From: a virus
Lineage: Duplodnaviria > Heunggongvirae > Uroviricota > Caudoviricetes
IMG/VR virus record: IMGVR_UViG_3300048574_000421
Direction: 5' to 3' (one strand)
Length of the DNA stretch: 64,000 nt
This document shows positions 28,485 to 35,038 of the stretch, one piece after another. Under the pieces are notes generated by a model that was not told the DNA's origin, made no database searches, and saw only the letters and a program-made list of their open reading frames with translations. Position numbers and translations under genes: made by a program. How positions within the stretch are numbered: position 1 is the first letter of the stretch; each line of letters starts with the position of its first letter.

Positions 28485-28549
28485 TTGAACTCCTTTAGTA
28501 GCGTCAGACAAGCACTCTAATCTAGCTTATTGATAAAAGGAGTACAAAT
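28483..28549 (-). promoter_or_regulatory. RBS-sequestering hairpin of endonuclease 3
   Basis: ATTTGTACTCCTTT pairs with AAAGGAGTTCAAAT(G), covering the RBS and start codon. Confidence 0.55.
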
Positions 28550-28567
28550 AGTTTTCAAAACACTAAA

Positions 28568-28579
28568 TTTCAAAGAGCA
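28568..28579 (-). promoter_or_regulatory. boxA-like antitermination site
   Basis: TGCTCTTTGAAA; similar AGTTCTTTGAAT at 26904-26915 and AGCTCTTTTAAA at 28770-28781. Confidence 0.45.
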
Positions 28580-28605
28580 AAATTCAAGCATAATAAACTT
28601 GAAAA

Positions 28606-28677
28606 TACTCCTACCGAGAATCGAACTCGGATGCCAACAGTGAAAATGTTGTGACTTAGCCATTGGTCTATAGGAGC
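28606..28677 (-). tRNA. tRNA-Glu(UUC)
   Basis: GCTCCTA/TAGGAGT; CAACA-TTTTCAC-TGTTG. Confidence 0.92.
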
Positions 28678-28692
28678 AATTTTATTTTAAAA

Positions 28693-28765
28693 AGCCCAGG
28701 ACAGGGATCGAACCCGCGACATCTACATTACAAGTGTAGCGCTCTACCAACTGAGCTACCTGGGC
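28693..28765 (-). tRNA. tRNA-Thr(UGU)
   Basis: GCCCAGG/CCTGGGC; CTACA-CTTGTAA-TGTAG. Confidence 0.95.
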
Positions 28766-28781
28766 AAAATTTAAAAGAGCT

Positions 28782-28816
28782 AAAAAGAAACGGACCCTGA
28801 ATTTCTTCAAGGTCCG
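28782..28816 (-). terminator. attenuator terminator upstream of the tRNA array
   Basis: CGGACCTTGAA-GAAA-TTCAGGGTCCG-TTTCTTTTT. Confidence 0.85.
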
Positions 28817-28851
28817 CATCCTAAATTTTATTTTTATATTAGGATGCGGAC
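28812..28851 (-). promoter_or_regulatory. antiterminator hairpin
   Basis: Perfect 13-bp GTCCGCATCCTAA/TTAGGATGCGGAC; its 3' strand overlaps the terminator 5' strand (CGGAC). Confidence 0.8.
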
Positions 28852-28852
28852 A

Positions 28853-28930
28853 TTACCCTCCTGTTTCGTCATTACCGTTTATGGTAATACGATTTTCGCG
28901 GGCTCTGTTTGCTATCCTTGTTGTTTTCAT
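28853..28930 (-). CDS. leader peptide MKTTRIANRARENRITINGNDETGG
   Basis: 25-aa ORF; residues 3-25 are only T, R, I, A, N, E, G, D, the amino acids of the downstream tRNAs; its stop is 1 nt before the antiterminator. Confidence 0.8.
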   Translation of the reverse strand: MKTTRIANRARENRITINGNDETGG

Positions 28931-28936
28931 GTTTTT

Positions 28937-28965
28937 AATATAACAAATAAAAATGTAAATGTAAA
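28937..28965 (-). promoter_or_regulatory. sigma70-type promoter giving a leaderless transcript
   Basis: TTTACA-17 nt-(TG n)TATATT-6 nt-ATG; no SD before the leader ATG. Confidence 0.65.
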
Positions 28966-28986
28966 GGTTTTTTTATAAAAAATATT

Positions 28987-29196
28987 ATGACATTTACAAA
29001 ACAACTTGATGAAGCAAAATTTTGTATTGAAACAATGAAAACAATCGGTACTTTTCAAAACCATAAAATTGGAATTGTTAATATAGGAAAAGATACGTTA
29101 ACTTTAATAAATGGAAGAGTTTGTCTTTATAGAGAAGATGGTAATACACTGACAACAGAATATGCTCATAGTAAAAAAAGATTGAAGAGAATTTAA
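28987..29196 (+). CDS. hypothetical protein, possibly frameshifted
   Basis: The -1 frame after the A7 run near 29173 stays open for about 38 more codons. Confidence 0.35.
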   Translation: MTFTKQLDEAKFCIETMKTIGTFQNHKIGIVNIGKDTLTLINGRVCLYREDGNTLTTEYAHSKKRLKRI

Positions 29197-29714
29197 GAAA
29201 AAACAATTTACTGACAACATATTCTACTTGCGTTTGTGTACCTAAGAAACATATAATTCCTTTTCGTTCGAAATACGAAAAAATATTTGGCTGAAAAACA
29301 TAAAGAATCGATTTATATAATAAGGAAACAAATAAAAATGTTTGGCAATAAACTTAAAAACATTCGATATTCACTCAAAATTCAGCAAGGAGGTGTTTAA
29401 AACTCAAAAAAGCATTTAGATCTTTCTATGTTGACTGTCAAAGCAGTAGCATTATAGTACATTAGTTAGTGAAAAAAACAAAAGTTTGTGTTTGTACTGA
29501 GAAAGTTCTAAACAATATCTCACCTAAAATTACTGCTTTCTGATTTGAATATCAAATTCAAATCAAACTACAACTTTGCACTTGTTATCTAAGACTAAGG
29601 TCTGAAAAACACAAGTCTCCTGTAGTTACAAAGCGGGTCCGTTATACTGAGGAAAAAATCGGTATAAAGATGTACTCGTTGTGTAATGTTTAACTACAAA
29701 AAAGGAGACTTAGA

Positions 29715-30026
29715 ATGAACTTCAAACGTACATATTCTGGTGAATTGACATTGTCTGTTTCAGAAAACAATGCTGGTGTAATTATTGAAATTAGCAAACA
29801 AAAAACAGTAGTTGGATGTATTCAAAAAAGAAAATGGACTTGGTGCCAAAAAACTCAAATTTGCAACATAAAAGAGTTAATGTCAACTGGTCCAGTGAAG
29901 CTGCAAGAGTTATATCATGTTATGAGTGCAAATAATGAATCGAAAAAAGCAAGTATTCGAGGATCGATCTATCATAACTTAGATCAATTCCAAAAAGTGA
30001 ATCGTGGTTGCTGGCGGTTGAAGTAA
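29715..30026 (+). CDS. hypothetical protein (wHTH-like C-terminus)
   Basis: AAGGAG RBS; 'LQELY...ASIRGSIY...FQKV.RGCW.L'. Confidence 0.5.
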   Translation: MNFKRTYSGELTLSVSENNAGVIIEISKQKTVVGCIQKRKWTWCQKTQICNIKELMSTGPVKLQELYHVMSANNESKKASIRGSIYHNLDQFQKVNRGCWRLK

Positions 30027-30030
30027 AACG

Positions 30031-30055
30031 AGTCGAGAGCGTTATGCTCTCGACT
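30031..30055. terminator. hairpin between convergent genes
   Basis: AGTCGAGAGC/GCTCTCGACT. Confidence 0.65.
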
Positions 30056-31099
30056 TTATAATAATCTATTAGTTTTGATTATTTTGTAAAGAATTTCGAC
30101 AAATTCTGTATCAAATTCAATAGATCTTCCTTCAAATAAAACTTGTAAAGCAAATTCTATACTTTGTGCTTTTCTATAGGGTCTGTTTGAGACTAAAGAA
30201 TCGAATGTGTCAGCAACAGCAAGAATTCTTGCACCTGTAGGTATTGCTTTTTCTTTTAGTTTATGCGGATAACCTTTTCCATTCCATCTTTCATGATGAT
30301 GTAAAACATAGTCGCTGATCTTACCTACATTATCGACAGGTTTAATTATTTTATAAGACAGTTCAGAGTGTTTTTTGATTAATTCGTATTCTTCATCTGT
30401 AAGTTTGTCTTTTTTAAAAAGAATCTCGTCTTTAACACCAATTTTGCCTATATCATGTAAACGTCCAGCTATAGCAACGTCTTCAATAAATGCTTCATCA
30501 TCAGTGTATTCTAAACAAATTTTCTCAGAAAGTTCGCCGACTTTTTCAGAATGATTTTTTGTATACTCATCTCTTTGTTCTAAAGCATTTGTTAAAGAAG
30601 TAAGCGTATTGAAAAAAATCTTATCTCTTTCTTTTTGAATTACAACAATTTTTGCTCTTAAATTCTCAGCTAAATGTGAATTTCTTCTTAAATTTTTTGT
30701 GTTTCTAGAAGCTTGTAACAATAATAAACCCAATGTTGTTAATTGAAAAGGTTTATTTAAGAATGCATATATATTCTTTTTTATAATTGTTGTGATAAAT
30801 TCATCTGTATTAAAACCTGTCATTAAAATAATAGTAAGCTCTGGATCGATTTTATTAGCTTCATCTACAAAATCAAAACCTGTACACCCATCATCAAGAA
30901 AAATGTCGCAAATAACTACATCAAACTGGTGACTTTCTACAAGGTTTATAGCTTTAGTTAGATTTTCAGCTGTAAAACAATATCCACCATGATTTTCTAT
31001 AAAAGTTTTAAGAAGATCAAGTTGTATATTATCATCATCAACAACAAGAACTGTCAAGTTCATTAAAATAGATGTGTGTTGTATATCTATAATGTTCAT
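30056..31099 (-). CDS. response regulator receiver + HD-GYP phosphodiesterase (RpfG-like)
   Basis: REC 'VLVVDDD...D...IILMTG...KPF'; 'YT..HS..V...LHDIGKIG...HHHERWNGKGYP...ARILAVADTFD...RPYR'. Confidence 0.9.
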   Translation of the reverse strand: MNIIDIQHTSILMNLTVLVVDDDNIQLDLLKTFIENHGGYCFTAENLTKAINLVESHQFDVVICDIFLDDGCTGFDFVDEANKIDPELTIILMTGFNTDEFITTIIKKNIYAFLNKPFQLTTLGLLLLQASRNTKNLRRNSHLAENLRAKIVVIQKERDKIFFNTLTSLTNALEQRDEYTKNHSEKVGELSEKICLEYTDDEAFIEDVAIAGRLHDIGKIGVKDEILFKKDKLTDEEYELIKKHSELSYKIIKPVDNVGKISDYVLHHHERWNGKGYPHKLKEKAIPTGARILAVADTFDSLVSNRPYRKAQSIEFALQVLFEGRSIEFDTEFVEILYKIIKTNRLL

Positions 31100-31247
31100 T
31101 ATTTTACCTTTAAACTTGACAATGCATATTGAATCAAAATACACTTATACCCTTGTTTATATTATACCAACGCGTATTAAAAATAATGACAACAAAAAAA
31201 ATTTTTAAAAAAAATATCACTTTTGCTAACTTTGATATATATTTCTC

Positions 31248-31393
31248 TAGAACAATGCTCTTTTAACAGTGATTGCTTACATTACTTTATAGCTCAGTTG
31301 GTTAGAGCGACCGCCTTAAAAGCAGTAAGTCTCAGGTTCGAATCCTGAAAAAGTAGCCAAAATCTAGCATTTACAACTCAGAGTATTGTTCTA
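31248..31393 (+). ncRNA. Y-RNA-like unit 1 (encloses a complete tRNA-like module at 31283-31359, anticodon UAA, GCCA end)
   Basis: 14-bp terminal stem TAGAACAATGCTCT/AGAGTATTGTTCTA; scaffold motifs TTTAAC, GCTTACAT, AGCA, AACTC. Confidence 0.7.
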
Positions 31394-31415
31394 ATTTTAA
31401 TAACATGAAAATTAT

Positions 31416-31568
31416 TAAAACTGCTCTTTAACAACAGGTGCTTACACATGGTTTAAGTTAGTCCGAAAGACTAATGAAGACGTTCGAATCGTCTATTCCC
31501 CGTTAAGGAAATTTAAGTTTCTTTAACGGGGAATAAAAAGTTCAGCACGTGAAACTCGAGCAGTTTTA
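31416..31568 (+). ncRNA. Y-RNA-like unit 2 (D-loop, hairpin, T-arm, long closed stem)
   Basis: Terminal stem TAAAACTGCTC/GAGCAGTTTTA; same scaffold motifs; AGACG-TTCGAAT-CGTCT T-arm. Confidence 0.65.
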
Positions 31569-31582
31569 TTTTTTGAAATAAT

Positions 31583-31713
31583 CAAGTGTTCTTTAACTTT
31601 AAATGCTTACATGCTTTTTAGCTCAATGGTCGAGCAATTATTTGGGTATAATGGGTTCTTGGTTCAAGTCCAAGGGAAGCGACAAAAAATAGCATTTTGA
31701 ACTCGAACACTTG
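31583..31713 (+). ncRNA. Y-RNA-like unit 3 (degenerate tRNA-like module, Pro(UGG)-like loop)
   Basis: Terminal stem CAAGTGTTC/GAACACTTG; GCTC/GAGC D-arm; CTTGG-TTCAAGT-CCAAG T-arm. Confidence 0.65.
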
Positions 31714-31730
31714 TTTTTTATAAAGGAAAT

Positions 31731-31881
31731 AAAGTCGTGTCTTTTAACGCTGAAAGCATACATTTTTTTCGTCAGTTCAAATCTGACTATCTCCTCGGTG
31801 AGGGGATATGGCCGAGCGGTTTAAGGCAACCAACTGCTAATTGGAACACAAAAATAGCTCTCAAAACTCAGACATGACTTT
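31731..31881 (+). ncRNA. Y-RNA-like unit 4 (circularly permuted tRNA-Ser(GCU)-like module)
   Basis: Terminal stem AAAGTCGTGTCT/AGACATGACTTT; order is T-arm, loop-closed acceptor, D-arm, anticodon arm. Confidence 0.7.
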
Positions 31882-31907
31882 TTAGTTAAATAGTTTGGTG
31901 GTAAGTT

Positions 31908-31940
31908 AAAGGGGCTCAGTTAAAGAGCCCCTTTTTGTTT
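31908..31940 (+). terminator. intrinsic terminator after the ncRNA cluster
   Basis: AAAGGGGCTC-agttaaa-GAGCCCCTTTTTGTTT. Confidence 0.85.
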
Positions 31941-32011
31941 AAATTTTATTTTGTATCTTGTAATTAAAAAACTATAGAAATAAAACATAATTCTAATGAA
32001 AGGAATGAACT

Positions 32012-32266
32012 ATGTCAATTATCCATGTAGCATACGGTGGAAGAAATGAAGATCTTGAGTTTGACGATGTATTTCGTGAAGACAGACTTCATTCTCTGGG
32101 TATGACGACAAAACCTTTGTCACAATCAACAAATCCCGAAACAGTGAAGCGTGCACTTGCAATTCACTATGATGTAAGTTATGACGAGTTTGACTCGCAT
32201 TTTGTTGAAGTCAATCCAAACGGGAACATTACAGTACGTCCCAATGCAAAATGGGGAAGAGGCTAA
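32012..32266 (+). CDS. putative ubiquitin-like (beta-grasp) small protein
   Basis: 84 aa; N-terminal beta-hairpin, helix, C-terminal strand 'GNITVRPNAKWGRG' ending in Gly; in an operon with JAB and ThiF. Confidence 0.6.
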   Translation: MSIIHVAYGGRNEDLEFDDVFREDRLHSLGMTTKPLSQSTNPETVKRALAIHYDVSYDEFDSHFVEVNPNGNITVRPNAKWGRG

Positions 32267-32267
32267 A

Positions 32268-33818
32268 ATGGCAACAACACAAAAAACAGAAGAAGATGTA
32301 CGTGTTAAAATCTTGAATTCGTTTATGACATGTCCTCATAGAGACACAAACGAATTAAAGGTTATACATGCTGAAATGAGAGAAAAAGATCCTGTTTTTT
32401 ACGCACATCTTGCTGCATGGTATAAAAAGAATGGTGAACTTCGTGATCATAACGAAGTTTTTACTGCAATGCTTTTAACAGATCCTTATTTACAGAACCG
32501 TGAAACAGGTATTGCTCTTTTTCAACAGCAAGCTCCCTTTATGAAAGCAAAAATTATTGGTTTCATAAAAGGTAAAAAAATTATTCTAAGAGAGAAAACA
32601 GGTAAGAAAACTCAACGAGGAAAGAAACTCGTCGATGACATTAAAAACACTGAGAAAAAAGTAGGTCTTGAAAAATCAATTCCAGGTCTTTTGAAAACAG
32701 AGATCACAAAATATCTCAGATGGCTTGAAGCTGATAATGAACGTTTTGATACTGTCGCCTTGAAAAATTTTAAAGAGTTAAAATCTCTTTATGCAGGAAA
32801 GGGCACACAAGTAAAACCAAGTCCAAGAGCGCAAGCTATTCTTTTTGATGAAAAAATTCCTGAAGATAGTAAGCTTTCTGTTTTCAAAAAAATAACTAAT
32901 GCAAAGACTCCTGAAGAGGCTGCACTTCTTATTGTTGAAAATAAAATACCTTACACTATCGCGATAGGTTTAATTGAAAAAATTACGCCTTCAATTCTTA
33001 TTGCTTTAGTTAATAGTATGTCATCACAGGAAATTATTAACAACATTGCATCTTTACAAGAAAAAGGAGCAATGGACAATCCTGGTCTGAAGAAACTCAT
33101 CACAGATAAACTTGAGACAGCAAAAACTGCAAAAAATGTTACAGCTCTAAAATCAAAAAGAGCAAAAGCAACAGGAAGAGTTACTGATGAAGCTGTTGTA
33201 AAACAACTCGACGAAATTGCTGACAAACAAATTAAAAAATCAGGAACAATTAAAAGTTCTACAGCAATTCTTGTCGATAAATCAGGTTCTTTAGCTGTCG
33301 CAATTGAAGCAGGAAAACAAATTGCAGCTGCAATTTCAGGTACAATGGAAGCTGATCTTCATGTTATTGCTTATGATACTATTGCTAGATCTATTAAAGC
33401 AAAAGATAATACTCTTACAGCATGGGAAGAAGCATTTAAACCAATTAAGTCTGATGGAGGAACATCAGCAGGTTGTGCCCTTGAATTTATGTTGAGATAT
33501 AAATTGTTTGCTGAACAACTTATTATTGTCACTGATGAAGAAGACAGACATACTCCAAAGTTCTACGACATTTTTCCGAAATATGTTGAAGAAATGAAAG
33601 TTACTCCACATATTGTTATCGTCAGAGTTGGTAATGTTAATCCTATTTTAAGTACTGAACTTAAAGCAAAAGGAATTGCTTTCGATATTCATGAGCCTAA
33701 AGGAAGTGATTACTATGGAATTCCAGGACTTATTCCTTTGATTTCAAGAAAATCAAAACTTGACTTGGTTTATGAAATTATGGACTTTCCATTACCAAAA
33801 AGAAAGTCATATGTCTGA
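32268..33818 (+). CDS. TROVE/Ro60-like helical domain + vWA protein
   Basis: 'DPVFYAHLAAWY...RDH' Ro-like N-terminus; vWA MIDAS 'LVDKSGS', 'GGTS', 'IVTDE'; start at the ATG at 32268, right after the Ubl stop. Confidence 0.65.
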   Translation: MATTQKTEEDVRVKILNSFMTCPHRDTNELKVIHAEMREKDPVFYAHLAAWYKKNGELRDHNEVFTAMLLTDPYLQNRETGIALFQQQAPFMKAKIIGFIKGKKIILREKTGKKTQRGKKLVDDIKNTEKKVGLEKSIPGLLKTEITKYLRWLEADNERFDTVALKNFKELKSLYAGKGTQVKPSPRAQAILFDEKIPEDSKLSVFKKITNAKTPEEAALLIVENKIPYTIAIGLIEKITPSILIALVNSMSSQEIINNIASLQEKGAMDNPGLKKLITDKLETAKTAKNVTALKSKRAKATGRVTDEAVVKQLDEIADKQIKKSGTIKSSTAILVDKSGSLAVAIEAGKQIAAAISGTMEADLHVIAYDTIARSIKAKDNTLTAWEEAFKPIKSDGGTSAGCALEFMLRYKLFAEQLIIVTDEEDRHTPKFYDIFPKYVEEMKVTPHIVIVRVGNVNPILSTELKAKGIAFDIHEPKGSDYYGIPGLIPLISRKSKLDLVYEIMDFPLPKRKSYV

Positions 33819-34656
33819 TGTTTTAAATCTAATCAAACAAATGGGAGAGAAAGAAGCAGCAATGAGCAATTTTATCTCTCCCGTTTTTTTCAATGAATTT
33901 GTTACTACAAAACTTGATGGTGTAGTTTACAAATTCAAAATTTCACAAAAAACTCCTGGTTGGTATAAAGTAAAGCCAATCAACACAAAACAAGCAAAAA
34001 CTGTTTGTAATGCTGAACTTCACGAAATTGATGATTACTTAAAAAGACTTGCAAAAATTCGTTTGATTTTTGTAATGAGAAAAGATAATGTTTTTTTAGC
34101 TATACCTGAAAAAAACAATAATCTAAATCTTCCTATAGATCAATTAATCTCTGTTTTTTTATTTGATGATACTGTTCTTGATTTTGACAAAGTTATTTGT
34201 CGTTTTGATGGTGCAAATTTTTGGTATCATCAAAACGATCCTTCAAGCGATCCTTCAAAATCTATGTATTTGAGAGAGCAATTACATAAAGTAACTGACC
34301 CTAAAAAAATTACTTTTCTGGGTTTAACAACAGAAGAAAAAATTGCTTATACTTTAAGAGTAACTATAGACAAAAGTCTTATTATTGATAGAAAAAAAGA
34401 ATCATTAAAAAATGATGTTGAACATGCAGGTGGTAAATTCATAGATTTTATAGAAAAAAATGATCATTTTAGCGTGACATATACTGTAGATGGTGATTCA
34501 TACACAAGCAATGTAAGTAAAAACGAAACACACAGCGTAATAACAGCAGGAATTTGTTTGTCTGGTGAAGATAGAAAATACGATTTAAAAAGTTTGATTA
34601 CCGTAATGAGAGAGGGTCAACGTGAGCGGAGAATTTATAGAACACATAACGTTTAA
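33811..34656 (+). CDS. conserved hypothetical protein, candidate E2-like (GICLSG)
   Basis: C-terminal 'VITAGICLSGEDRKYDLKSLI'; positioned between the vWA and JAB genes. Confidence 0.45.
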   Translation: MSDVLNLIKQMGEKEAAMSNFISPVFFNEFVTTKLDGVVYKFKISQKTPGWYKVKPINTKQAKTVCNAELHEIDDYLKRLAKIRLIFVMRKDNVFLAIPEKNNNLNLPIDQLISVFLFDDTVLDFDKVICRFDGANFWYHQNDPSSDPSKSMYLREQLHKVTDPKKITFLGLTTEEKIAYTLRVTIDKSLIIDRKKESLKNDVEHAGGKFIDFIEKNDHFSVTYTVDGDSYTSNVSKNETHSVITAGICLSGEDRKYDLKSLITVMREGQRERRIYRTHNV

Positions 34657-35038
34657 AGAACGTTGTTGGATTGTTTATGGTTTTTGGATTGGTCCTTTTG
34701 TCATAGGTAGATTGAAATATCTTTCTGAAGGAGAAACTTGTTCAGTAAATTTTGATTGGCAAAAAGGTCTTTCAAAATATGTTCTTGGCTGGTTTCATAC
34801 ACATCCAGAAAGTGTTTCTCTTAGTCCAAGCAACGAAGATATAAAAACTATGAAATCTTGGGTTAGAACTTTAGAACGACCTTTGATTTGTGGCATCATG
34901 TATGACAATAAAAAACTGAAGAGAGACTTTCTTTGGAGAAATTGTTATTTGTTTAAACGTTGGCCCGATAAAAAAATTTACTATCAACCAATTATGAAAG
35001 ATAAGCTTTTTAAAAACTTCTACATCGGAAAATTATGA
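34622..35038 (+). CDS. JAB/MPN metallo-isopeptidase
   Basis: E near the N-terminus and 'LGWFHTHP......PS.ED' (HxH-x7-S-xx-D) JAMM motif. Confidence 0.8.
   Translation: MSGEFIEHITFKERCWIVYGFWIGPFVIGRLKYLSEGETCSVNFDWQKGLSKYVLGWFHTHPESVSLSPSNEDIKTMKSWVRTLERPLICGIMYDNKKLKRDFLWRNCYLFKRWPDKKIYYQPIMKDKLFKNFYIGKL

Noticed and set aside
31248-31881. CRISPR array interpretation of the four repeated units
   Set aside because: The repeats are short degenerate motifs within self-complementary stems, the inserts are tRNA-like and longer than spacers, and no cas genes are present.
31731-31881. Two-piece (permuted) tmRNA, suggested by the GGGGA start and G3:U70-type pair
   Set aside because: It has a full Ser-type D-arm and GCU anticodon arm, no CCA, and no tag ORF or room for pseudoknots.
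32181-32267. N-terminal extension of the TROVE-vWA ORF in the ORF track
   Set aside because: It overlaps the Ubl gene; the ATG at 32268 follows the Ubl stop and has an RBS.
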